Program-made: the position numbers and the translations under genes
Assembly (NCBI RefSeq): GCF_032191835.1
Contig: NC_083235.1
Span: 61,814,001 to 61,878,000, forward strand
Length of the DNA stretch: 64,000 bases
Direction: 5' to 3'
Source of the DNA: Heteronotia binoei
Taxonomy: Eukaryota
Shown: piece by piece, positions 37,201 through 48,780 of the stretch
Position numbering within the stretch: the first letter of the stretch is position 1
How the letters are laid out: every line of letters begins with the position of its first letter
The notes under the pieces: model-generated
The model's input: only the letters and a program-made list of their open reading frames with translations
What the model was told of the DNA's origin: nothing
Database searches by the model: none

Positions 37201-40200
37201 GTTTTTCCAGTGGAAAACTGGGAAATTTTGAGGCGTGCTAGAGGAAAAAACACATTTATGCTACTTAAATATATATTCAAAAATTTTATATCCGTATAAT
37301 AGACTATCTTTTGTTTACTATAGAATTTATTTTCGGCTTTCAACTTACTATTTTTTCCTACCTCTCAGAAGGCAGAAAGCAAAGATACATTTGTCAGAGT
37401 AGCAGTTAGCTAGTATTCGGAGCCTAAGTATAACATATATTTCAGTTTTTCCTGAAAATACATGGGGGCTTTCTGTGGCTTCAGAAGTTCCAGAAATTTT
37501 ACATATCTGCTCTAAACAGTTATTGGGAAATGCAACAGATATATGGTTGAAAACAGCTGCTCAGACAGAATTAAAAAGGCCATTTTGTCTCTGGAGGACG
37601 ATGGTCACTTAAATGAGACATGCCAAACACTTTATGGAACCATATTTTCAACAACTTGCTCAGTTGGAAAACACCAGACTTTATCAGGTGTCAGGAAAGT
37701 CGGGGGTAAGGATGGGGGGGCCTATGATTGAGGAACAGGAGACAGATGTGGCTGTCTGGACAAGCACTTTAAATCCATTGAGAAGCAGTGACAACAGATC
37801 AAAGTGCTCATCTGATCACAGCCATATAACAGCTAACAGTTGAGTAATTCGTATACATAAGGAACAAAACTACTGATAAAACCAATCCTAGAAGTTACAC
37901 CAATCCCTTAAAACTTTTCTTTTAAAATGTGTTTTAAAAATGTTTGGGTCAATATTAACAAATTCTTGTAGTGGGTTCCAGTGGGCTCAGTGTCAGGGTG
38001 CTTTAACATAGTGAACCATCCATAATTAAGCCAAAATATAATGCATGGATACAAGGCTGATGGAGAAGAAAACTGCTTTACTGCAGTGGCATAGTCTTTT
38101 TAATGGGCTGGCTGGCATGTTCAGTCAGCTTGCTCCTTCTGCTCCTTGAATTTTTGACGCATACTACCTCAGAGTCTTAAGCTCCTTAGTGAGTCCAGAA
38201 AGCAAGCCTTTGACAAAGAAGTGCAAGAAACACCAACCTTTCAGTCCAGGGATCCCAGTTGTTTGCATAGCCTTAGATCAGCAACCACATTATGCGGAAA
38301 GTGCCTGCAGAAACTACATTCAGGAGAACATCCAGTCTTATCCCAAAGTCCCCAAATTTATGAGGGCACCGGTGAGAGAGCAGTTGCCTGTGACCCATCA
38401 CCTTAAAGCCCAAACCAGCAGTTTTGTGCCTGAACATTAACGGAACCTTACACATTTTTATTTTATTTATTCATTTATTTATTGATTTGATTTGATTTAT
38501 ACCCTGCCCTACCCCACCGAAGCGGGCTCAGGGCGGCTCACAACACAAAAGTTCTAACAATAAAATTTGAAATTATAAATACAATAACAATTTACATAAT
38601 TAAAACATTAAAAACATTAAAAAACATTAAAATAAGTACATCAATCCAACAGTGTGCTATCTATAAGCTTCCCTCAGTATTTTGGTAGTTTGGTGACGGT
38701 CAGTTATAGGCCAACCGGAAGGGGACTGTCTTACAGGCCCTGCGGAACTGTCCAATATCCCGCAGGGCCCTGACCTCTTCCGGTAGCTGGTTCTACCAGC
38801 AAGGGGCTGTTATTGAGAAGGCCCTGTCCCTGGTTGACTTCAACCGGGCCTCCTTTAGCCCGGGGATTACGAGCAGATTTTGGGAGCCAGATCGCAGTAC
38901 TCTCTGGGGAACATATGGGAACAGACGGTCCCTAAGGTAGGCAGGTCCTAGACCATACCACACAACTACAGTATATCCCACCTTGGTCATAGTGTGATCA
39001 AAACAAGCCAGTCAGTACTGTCCATCTAGGTTGTGTGTGTGTGTAAAGTGCCATCAAGTCACAACAGACTTATGGTGACCTCGTAGGTTTTTCAAGGCAA
39101 GAGGCATTCAGAGGTGGTTTGCCATTGCCTGCCTCTGTGTAATTCTTTAGTGGTCTCCCATCCAAATACTGACCAGGGCTGACCCTGCTTAGCTTCCAAG
39201 AGCTGATTAGATTAGACTAGCCTTTGAGAAAGCGCAAGAAACATCAACCTTTCAGTCCAGGGATCCCGGTTGTTTGCATAGCCCCAGATCCAGGACAGGG
39301 CTTTATCTCAAGACTGATGCTGCATTTAGAACCAAGCTGAAATCAGTGTGGTCAAAACAAGCCAATCTACGCTGTCCAGCTATGCCTTAGTATATGAAAG
39401 TGAGATATCTCATCCAGAATTAGATTATAGGTGTCTGGTTTTTTGATCACTTTGTTTCTGCAAAGATCTTCATCGCCCAGACTGGTGAGAGAGCAGGTTG
39501 GAGCAAGAGTTGCTTGTGAGCCACAACCCTGATTGAGCTTCTCTACCCAGCATTACATTGTCCAGCAATTCCACACACATACAGGGGAGGCAGTAATGGA
39601 AAGGCAGGCCAAAATCTAAGTCTGGCTGTTATTTGGCTCCAACTTGAGTGAAAGTGCCCCTCCTTTGGCTACCAAAACTCTATGAAACCTCTGGGATGGG
39701 AAGGGAGGTTATACCCAAAGATGATGAATGAATTTCGCCCCCCCCCCCCCCCAGGCAGCAGACGAGGAAGATGTCCCTAAGAAACCAGAGAAGGTCATTT
39801 TTACTGTCAAGTTGACCGATGTGAAGGCTGCGGAGAAAGTGAAGCTCATCAAGGAGGTGAAGAACTGTATGCAGGGTCTGAACCTTGTCCAGGTAAGAAG
39901 ATAGCTCTGACCTCCGCAGGACTTGCTTATCAGATAAAGGCCTGAAGGAGGCAAGACTGTTTCTGCATGTGGTGCACACAAGATAAATAAGCATAATGCG
40001 CTCCCAAAATAGCCAGGCTCTCAAGGTGCAGTTAGTGGACCTGCAAATGCTTCTTTGCAACTTGACAAACCAGTGAGACCCAGGTTTTAATCCCCACTCT
40101 GCCATTAAGTTCACTGGGTGGCCAATCACTCTCTCAGCCCAGCGTATTGCACAGAGTTGTGATGATAAAGTGCAGTAGTGGAGATCAATGTATGGCATTC

Positions 40201-41114
40201 TGAGTTCCTTGGAAAAAAGGCAGGATTAAAAGAAAAGTAATGAATTCCAGCCTTGTTGTTACTACTCACTCTTGACAAATGGGGACAGCAAACTCTTAAG
40301 TAGAGGGAGAAACTGAGCTGAAAAGTTTTACTGTGAAGGAAATCTGAGGGGGTAGTTTGGCATGTGTTCTCTTCTGCCAAAGCTGGGGAAAAATGAATTA
40401 GTATTCTAGGAATAGTAACAATAAGTATAGCAAGAGCCCTCGTGAACTGTGGTACTCTAAAAGGGATTTCTGTAGTTATTTGGTTCATCAGAACTGGCTC
40501 ACAGAACTTCTGGTTAGCAAAATAAATGCTGTCGTTTCAGCTCAAGAAGTGCCTGTTCTGAGGGCCAGTCTCTGGGCGTGGGATAAAGGGATGTGTGCAA
40601 ACATCAGGAGCAGGCGGGGCTAGACCGTCCATTAAGCAGCCCTGGGCGGTTGCTTAGGGCATGGCCTTGTGGGGGTGCTGGGTTGGCTCCTCCCCTCCCT
40701 TGCCTCTTCAGTGAGAGAAATGGGTGAGGGTGGCAACACCTGCACCCAGAGTTCACGTGTTACCTGGCCACAGTCACTTCCAGAAGCAACAACAGCTGGG
40801 CGGTGTGTGTACTCTGAGGTGCCGCTGCCGTGGCACTCACCCTTAATGGGAGTGAGAGGAAGGGCGTGGGCAGCAGGGGGGCGGGGCCTCGCCTCAGGTA
40901 CCAGATGCCCTGTGGCCAGCCCTGGGAACAGGCAGTGGCTCAAGTCCAGCATTTCCCCTTTTTGTTACTCAACTAAGTTGTTCTCCATTTTTGGCAGGCA
41001 AAGAAGTTGGTAGAATCTCTTCCTCAAGAGATCAAGGCGAACCTCTCGAAGGATGAAGCGGAGAAGATGAAAGCTGCGCTAGAGGCAGCAGGAGGGACTG
41101 TGGTTCTGGAGTAA
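33879..41114 (+). CDS. MRPL12: Mitochondrial ribosomal protein bL12m, 5 exons, 189 aa
   Basis: Exons 33879-33931, 36166-36352, 36579-36653, 39755-39892, 40998-41114 (570 nt, GT-AG). Contains [43 protein letters not shown] and ends [41 protein letters not shown] in Kozak context CCGCCATGG. Confidence 0.96.
34754..35392. mobile_element. hAT (Charlie-like) MITE family B, opposite orientation, MRPL12 intron 1
   Basis: CAGGGGTGCCAA...CAACACCCCCTG; TSD CTCTAACC; right part is the reverse complement of the 825 and 14166 copies. Confidence 0.9.
38456..38957 (-). mobile_element. L2 3' fragment
   Basis: Encodes [29 protein letters not shown]; same 3' tail as the 16441 element. Confidence 0.9.
39032..39222 (-). 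mobile_element. 5S rRNA-derived SINE with (CA)n end
   Basis: Reverse complement reads GGAAGCTAAGCAGGGTCAGCCCTGGTCAGTATTTGGATGGGAGACC. Confidence 0.8.
40615..40924. mobile_element. Older hAT (Tip100-like) MITE in MRPL12 intron 4
   Basis: Degenerate TIR CGGGGCTAGAC / GGCCAGCCCTG; flanks GGAGCAGG/GGAACAGG (7 of 8). Confidence 0.55.
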
Positions 41115-41492
41115 CTGCATCAGCCTCACTGTCAAAGGACTACAGCAGAGCAGAGGCTAGCCTTCTGATCTGTCTTGCCCACCCTTGGCATTTTACTGCC
41201 TGCTGGCTGGTGGGGAGTGCTGTGCGATCCCAGGAAGCTGTGCCCCACTTTGTTTCCTCTGCAATGGGGGGTTTCTGCTGGGATAGTCCAGTTTGTGGTG
41301 AATGCCTTTGGTACCACAAGGTTTGCTGTTTGTACTAGCATTGCAAAGAACTGAGTATAAAGGCTATATGAGGGAGAACACCTTGGAACAAGTGATGTGT
41401 AAGAATGCTTTTTTTCATGCACCATGCTCTCCTCCCCAGTTTGTGTGTGTTTATGTTCATAACTCACCACAGGCACATGCCAGAACAACTCT

Positions 41493-41771
41493 GAGAGCCA
41501 GTTTGGTGTAGTGGTTAAGTGTGCGGACTCTTATCTGGGAGAACCGGGTTTGATTCCCCACTCCTCCACTTGCACCTGCTGGAATGGCCTTGGGTCAGCC
41601 ATAGCTCTGGCAGAGGTTGTCCTTGAAAGGGCAGCTGCTGTGAGAGCCCTCTCCAGCCCCACCCACCTCACAGGGTGTCTGTTGCGAGGGAGGAAGGGAA
41701 AGGAGATTGTGAGCCGCTCTGAGACTCTTCGGAGTGGAGGGCGGGATATAAATCCAATATCTTCTTCTTCT
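41493..41771 (+). mobile_element. tRNA-derived SINE with L2-type tail (Squam3-like, gecko type)
   Basis: A box TGGTGTAGTGG, B-box-like GGTTTGATTCC, tail GGGCGGGATATAAATC followed by (CTT)n; near-identical to the copy at 54191. Confidence 0.85.
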
Positions 41772-42736
41772 ATTCAAAGTAACTGTCTTAGGCTGCCATT
41801 TCTAATAGGACTTACTAGGAGATGGATGGTTCAGGGAAAGGGGCATTGTATCAGAAAAGAGGTGTCCATGTATTGTGGTATATACCAACTGTCACCAGAT
41901 TAGTTCTCCCTCCCCACAGAAGAGGGAGCTGAGATGAGTACCCCTCATCATTTTATGACGCAGACCATGCTCAAAACTTACGTTGCCTGTCCTAGAGGTG
42001 TGCAGTCTAGTCTAGAGCTTTGTGCTGAATATCAGAGGCAAGTGCCTTTGAAGTACATGGCAAAAGTGAAAATTCTCTGCCACCTTCCTCTATCGAGTTC
42101 AGAAACAGATCATCTGTATGCTGCTGTTCTTGAGAGGTGCATCTGAAAATGTAATGCCACATAGAAAATCCCCATTCTCTGCCTTCTCTCCAGTTTTGCT
42201 GCTGAGGAGGGGACCCCCCTATTGCTGTTTCTTCTTCCTTATATCTGTCTCTCCAGCTACCATTACTGCATTTGCTTCCCCGCTTCCCCACCAGCTTCCT
42301 GGTGGTGCTGAACAGGCTATCCTTCTCCTCATGTCTAGTGGCCAACATGCAGATGACACCAGACAGTATCTCTGCTTTGATCTGCCCAGGCTGGAAGGCA
42401 TTGGCATGGGCAGCTTGTGCACCATTAGCACTTGACGTGGGTTGGAGCTAAGTGGGACAGAAGGGAGGAGCGGAATGAATGAGCAGTGAGTGACACTTTC
42501 CAAAGACGGGAGGAAATAGTTGCCCTCTTGAGTAGGTTTGTGGACCCTTAAATTTTTTTTAAAATTCCTTTTGGTATTTGTCTTGTGTCATGAGCCTTGC
42601 TGGCCCTGGTTAAGCCTAGGTGGGGTTAATGAATTTTGCAGGTTTCCATAACATATAATTATTTTTGCCTACCCTGATCACTGTTCCTCGACATGTCAGT
42701 CTGTTTCAGCCCGTTTTCTATCCCGTGAATCTGAGT

Positions 42737-43235
42737 TTTTTTAAAATACAATTTTATTGAAAGCATATGGTAACAATATCCATTAATACCTTCTTATTAT
42801 CTATCCCATATGCTATTTTCTAGTCCCCCTCCCCCCGTTACTTGACTCCCGCCGAAGTTATATACTTAAAATACTAACATTTAAAGGTACCCTTAAACCA
42901 TAAGAACCTATATTCATATTCTACTTTTTTCTAGTACTTGATCATTATTAAAAAAAATTGTCCAATATCCTTTTATATTCCATTCTTCTTCTACAAAACA
43001 TCTAAACTTTTCCCACTCCTTTTTATACACTTCCAAATCATAGTCTCTTAAGATTCTTGTCAGTTTATCCATCTCACTCCATGTTATAACTTTTACAATC
43101 CAATCCCATTTTTCTGGTATTTTTTCTTGCTTCCGTAACTGCGCACACAATGTCCTAGCCTCTGAAAGCAAGTACCAGATCAAAGTTCTATCTTCTTTTG
43201 GAAATTTTTCCATTTGTAATCCCAATAAGAAAGTT
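42737..43235 (-). mobile_element. 5'-truncated L1-type LINE insertion
   Basis: ORF2 C-terminus-like peptide (ARTLCAQLRKQEKIPEKWDWIVKVITWSEMDKLT), A-rich tail, 12-bp TSD GTGAATCTGAGT (42725-42736 and 43236-43247). Confidence 0.85.
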
Positions 43236-44893
43236 GTGAATCTGAGTCTTGTGGGAAAGTGTCTTTGGGTTCTTTCCAGAATAATGGGCTACGCTCAACT
43301 GGAAGCAGACAGTTATGATCTTTCCTTCCCCTGAGTGAGATAATTTACAGCCTACAACTCACCTCTTCCCAGTGTTGCTTGTTGAGCTACAGCTTCTCAA
43401 AGTAGATGCCGGTTGCTGAATCTACCCAAGAGGAAGCTTTTGTTTCAATGGTGGATGGGAGCCTGTAATGAGTACCCCAAATTAGAAGAGTTAAGGAGGC
43501 CTATTTGGAAATGAAGGGTTGGTTCCAGGGAAAGGGGTCAGTGGGTTATAGTCCACTGTTTTCTCTAGCCTGGCCTGTTCGGTGCAGAAGTAATAATGTG
43601 TCCCTCTTTAGATTGCTGTGCTAAGCTGCCCACAATAAATACCCTCTGCTTGTATTTAGTAGGCCCATCAATGGAACAAGCTCAGCCAACCTCTGTAATA
43701 TTGCACCTGTCCCCTTAATGTGGCTTGTGTTCATATGGGCAGATACAGTGTAGGATGGTGTCCCATGGCAGCTTTTGAGGCAAGGCTGATGGCAGGGAAG
43801 ACTGTTCTGTCTTTACCTAGCTCAGAGCAGGAGGCTGCAGTGGAGAAATTTAGGGTTGGACAGTTACCCAGTGCCCTCTTGCCTGGGCAATGAAAGGCAC
43901 CTGTGGCTTAAGGCAGGGCAGAGTTTCTAACCCAACTGCATTGCAGCTGCTAAGAGAGTACCTAACAGCTTGGCTTATTTCACTTCCCTCGTCATTCCTT
44001 GTCTCTGTGCAGAGGATCCAGCATCCCAGGCTTTGCAAACCCAGCTGCTGAGCTGGGGACTGAGGCAGACACAAGGCATGGATGGTACCCCAAGTGAATT
44101 TCTAGCTTTCATGGTTTGAATGTCTGTCCCTTTCCCTTACAGTATTGGAAAGAAAATGAGTAAATCAGTTTTTCTCTCTTGCCTTGCAAGTTATGGGGGA
44201 AGGGAAGCTGCAAGACTGCTCCCTAGAGCTGACTCTTGTCCTGATTTAGTTAATCACTTTACTCACCAGACTCATTCTTATATGACCGTTTCCTCCTTTA
44301 CTTCCTTATTAGCTTTCTGCTGTAACGGCAGCAGTGACAAATGAGAGGGCTGAGCAGAGAGCAAGAGTGAGTTGTACGGTGTCTGGGGGTTGCTTCACCT
44401 GTTTGTGATGAGTAGGCGGGGAGACACAGAAAAATGAACATCTAGTTTCATTCAACCTGTTGCCTCTTTTGAAGCCTCAGCTGCAATCCACGTTGCTGCG
44501 GCTTGCTGGTATGAAAGAACATGTGCCGTGGTCAGCATGTGCAGAGTGCCCCTTCCTCACCTATGAATGACCACTGTTAAAAGCCTTACCTCCCCCCAGA
44601 TCTGAGATTATGGCCTTAATATTCAGACTGGCTTAGAACTATAGAAACTTTTTTTTTTTGCAGAAAATCTCACTGGTGTGTAAAGTCTAGGCAATTTTAA
44701 GCTCCACCATGTCTCATGGCAGAAATGTAAGCTGCAATGTATTTTCATGCTCTTCCACAGTGGTATACCATCAAAATGCAAACAGATTTTCACAATGTGA
44801 CTGTGGTCAGACAGCTATCCAGGCCTTCTTTCTGCCACACACACAGACTGCTGTGCCAGTTGCCATGATGTTAGGGCTGCATTTCATGTGCCC

Positions 44894-45070
44894 TGGCCTG
44901 GATAACACAGGCTAACCTGATCTCATCAGAAGCTAAGCAGGGCCTGCCCTGGTTAGTAACTGGATGGGAGACCATCAAGGAAGTCCAGGGTTGCTACCCA
45001 GAGTCAGGTGATAGCAAACCACCTCTGAAGCTCTGAGGTCACCTTGAGTCAGCTGCAACTTGACAGCACT
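44894..45070 (+). mobile_element. 5S rRNA-derived SINE
   Basis: GAAGCTAAGCAGGGCCTGCCCTGGTTAGTAACTGGATGGGAGACC plus tail GGTCACCTTGAGTCAGCTGCAACTTGACAGCAC. Confidence 0.8.
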
Positions 45071-45697
45071 TCCCACCTCCAAGTCTGCTGAAATTCTGTT
45101 GCGATCCTGTGTGGTCCCAGCAATAATGTAAGAAGCATGAAATGAGATGATGTAGTAGTACCACTGACCACAGCATCTCTGCCAATGGCAGCACCCATAT
45201 TAGTTGTACATGGAAGATATCAGTCAACCTGTGATAGAAAATATATGTTGAATTCAAAGGCGTGGAGTGGCAATAATTGGAGTAGAGTCTTAAGCTTATC
45301 AAAAGAAACAAAGTTTACTAGAAAAGATCAGGATGGGATACTTGGGATAAAAAGAAAAAGAACTCAGCTTACCAGCTAGTCTAACGATGTCTGTCCTTTC
45401 CATGGCTACATTCTACAACAACCCTTTGTCTAACTTCTTGTTCCCCGAAAGCAGTTGCAAACAGGAAGACAGGCTATTCATTTTGCATATAAGATCAAAG
45501 CATTTCACACCTAACATCCTTTCTGACCAATGTTGTGTTTGTATGCTTCCCGGGCTTAGAAGACTCGGTTTTCTATTGGGTTTAGGTTACAATACATCAT
45601 TTTCTCTTTCAGGTAAACAGTTAACTCTATAATGTCTGAAATGTGCATAGCTTGTATTCTAACAACCTGTTGTGATGGCACAAGCATTGTGGTGATG

Positions 45698-46170
45698 TCA
45701 TAACATAAGAAGAGCCCTGCTGGATCAAACCAGTGGTCCATCTAGTCCAGCATCCTGTCTCACACAGTGGCCAACTAGTTCCTCAGAAGGCCCACCATCA
45801 GAGGCTGAGACCTTCCAGATGTTGCCTCCTGGCATTAGTATTCAGAAGATGGCTAATATTAGTCATTAGTATTCAGTCACCATGGCTAATAGACCTATCC
45901 TCGTTAATCTAATCTCTTTTTAAAGTTGCCTATGCTTGTGCCGTCACTCTGCACAAAATTTCACATTTTAATCACTTGTTTAAAGGAGTATTCTTTTGTC
46001 TGTCCTGAATCTACTGGCCATCAGCTTCATTCGTGCCCCTGAGTTCTAGTATTTTGGGAGAGGGAGACAAAGTTCTCTTGTCAACTCTGTTCACCCCCCA
46101 GGCACAGTTTTATAAACATCTATCTTGCCCCCCCCCATTAGTTGTCTCTTCCAAAGTGAAACTTACTCTT
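45698..46170 (-). mobile_element. Old CR1 3' end
   Basis: CATAAGAAGAGCCCTGCTGGATCAAACCAGTGGTCCATCTAGTCCAGCATC is the reverse complement of a CR1 3' terminus; similar old ends near 2503-2680 (-) and 49810-50045 (+). Confidence 0.75.
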
Positions 46171-47259
46171 CTGTTTTCTAAACTGTCATCCTATCTGCAT
46201 CTTTCCTTTCCACACTTACTGCACAAATATGCTCACAAGAAGAGTCCACAGGGCTTTTCTTATCAGATCTCATCCTTCGGAGTGCAATGACTGACAGTAA
46301 CAGCCAGTGTAGTGTAGCAGTTAGAATGTTGGAGTAGGATCTGGAGAACCAAATTTGAATCTTCACTCTGCCATAGAAGTTTGCTAGGTAACCTAGGGCC
46401 AATCATTGTCAGTTTGACCTACTCCACGGGGTTGTTGTGAAGATAAAATTCCCAAGAAGAATTATGTTAGCTGTTTTGGGTTCCTGTGGTTGTGGGGAAG
46501 AAGTGTATAAATATCTAAAAATGTCTAACCAGGAATAGGCAGGTGAGAAAGGACTGTTATTCCAAACACAACTGGGTAGGTAAGGGAAAACCTGCATGTA
46601 TTGCATGCTGCTCAGAAGAGCTTACAATGGGTTCAAGGGTCGTAGCATATTTGCAGTGGTGTCTGTGTACAGGAAACAAGCTTTTGACAAGGGCAAATGC
46701 TAGCAGTATCTGCAAAGCAGTTCTGGTGTACACGCTACTTTGCACAGAAGCCAGCGTAGTTTGTACTGAATCAGGAGCTTAGAAACACACAGGTAAGCTG
46801 TTTGTCAAAGCAGCATCACATTACAAACAGACTTTATCTTTTGGGTCTGCTGCTACAACAATACGTCGCAATGGAACAGAGCTGGTGTGAAAGTAACTTA
46901 AATTTACTGGTTTTGAAACATCTGTTTCAGGCTTTGAGTAGATGATGGGAGGGGAGGGCCACTTTCTTTCATTAGTTTGTATTGGCTTACTTTGTGCTCA
47001 CGTCAGCAGCACATATTCCAAAACTGGAACCATACAGAGACTTTCTCCCATGGAAAAAGATGCAGGGGACTCCCATTCCTCTAACAGCTGCTTTGGCAGA
47101 TGTATACTACACTCGCTTTCGTGTGGGGTTTCTTCATATGAAAGCCCAGACCCTACCTCCTCCAAGCGTCCATCCAGTACTTTCTGCTAAATGCAATGCA
47201 CGTGTTTCCAAACATGTGGTTTTCTCTGATATTTTAGGAGCATTAAAAACACCTAATGC

Positions 47260-48780
47260 GCCAGCCTCCAGTCAAGAACCGCGTTCATGCAAATCAACGG
47301 GAGTTCCACTTCTCGCTTTAACGGGAGCCGAGGTTTGCTGACCCATCAGCGCTGAACCGGGAAGCGGCGCTCCCGGATGCCTCGCGCCGGCATTCCACCG
47401 AAAGAGAGCCGTTAAGAGCAGCAGCGATCTATGGGCGGGGCGTTCCTGGGACGATCCCTCGCTATGGGGAAAGATCTGGCTGCCGGGGCCGGCTCCTCCG
47501 TGGCGCACCTCTGCTTCCCTGCACCGTTGCTCTTTTAAGGTCTCCCTCTATCGCCGGCTGGTGTTGCCTGTTTAAGGCCTCGACGGTTCATGCGGCTCCT
47601 GCCCGGGGGTGGGAAAGCGGCCGTGAGCTTGTGCTGCTGCTGCTGCCGCCGCCGCGATCCCCAGCGCAGAGGGGCTGAAGGCCGCGCAGAGGCGAGGCGA
47701 TGGCGGAGAAACGCGTGTCCCGCTGGTACTTCGGAGGCCTGGCCTCGTGCGCGGCGGCCTGCTGCACCCACCCGCTGGACCTGATCAAGGTGCGCCGCTA
47801 GGGTTGCCAATCCCCAGGTGGGGGCAGGGGATCCTGCTTCAGGGTCGTCAGAAAGCGGGGGGAGGGGAGGGAAATGTCTGCTGGGAACTCTTATTATTCC
47901 CTACGGAGATTTATTCCCATAGAAAATCATAGAGAATTGATCTGCGGGTATCTGGGGGCTCTGGGGAGCTGTTTTTGGGGGTAGAGGCACCAAATTTTCA
48001 GTATAGCATCTAGTGCCTCTCCCCAAAATGCCCACCAAGTTTCAAAAAGATTGGACCAGGGGGTCCAATTCTATGAGTCCCAAAAGAAGGGGCCCCTATC
48101 CTTCATTATTTCCTATGGAAGGAAGGAAATGAAAAGGTGTGCCGTCCCTTTAAATGCGATGGCCAGAACTCCCTTTGGAGTTCAATGATGCTTGTCACAG
48201 CCTTGATCTTGGCTCCACCCATATTGTCTCCTGGCTCCACCCCCAAAGTCTCCTGGCTCCACCCCCAAAGTCCCCAGATATTTCTTGAATTGGACTTGGC
48301 AGCCCTATGCGCCGCTAGGGAGCCTTCGGGCGGGAAAGGGCCCGGGTGGGGGGGGAGCCGGGGGTCGGTGCTCCGCGTGCGCGCCTCGCCCCCTTGCCCC
48401 GCGCGTCCCTTTGCTCTTTCACGTGCGCCTTTCAGCGAATAAACCCTTCGGGGCTGGAGGCCGCTCTTGCTCTTTGCAGCAGGTTGCTTGGCAAAGGGGC
48501 CCGGGCATATCCAGGTTCCTGCCATTTGTCTCGAAAGCAGGTGAAATAACCTGCCAGGAGTTTCTAGATCGAGGACGTGCGCATGTGGCGACTTGCCCGC
48601 TGGTGGTAGAAAACGACCCCTGTGGTTGCTAATCCCTCTCGCTGCCATGTTGGCTGTGTGTATCCTGGCCTGTCAAGCCCCGCCCCCCCTCCAGAAGAGC
48701 TTTGCTTCAGACACGTGTACAGAAGCCCCCTGTTGCCCAGGCAAGAGACATGGGCAGCGGTTGGCATTGAGCTCCTGGCA
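47260..48780. promoter_or_regulatory. CpG-island promoter and first exon of SLC25A10, interrupted by a MITE
   Basis: High CpG density from about 47260 to 47800, resuming after the MITE at 48308; GC box GGGCGGGG near 47433. Confidence 0.8.

Noticed and set aside
37724-37815. C/D-box snoRNA in MRPL12 intron 3
   Set aside because: ATGATTG does not match RTGATGA and there is no terminal stem; a lone CTGA is expected by chance.
44894-44990. Functional 5S rRNA genes
   Set aside because: Only the central part resembles 5S; the ends are replaced and the copies are diverged and dispersed.
213-48648. Recurring short ORFs such as MVPLSLIISYGRK, MPLPKIPPKFQKDW and MDQGVQFYEPQKK as a small-protein family
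   Set aside because: All lie inside family-A MITE copies; frames break differently in each copy and there are no transposase motifs.
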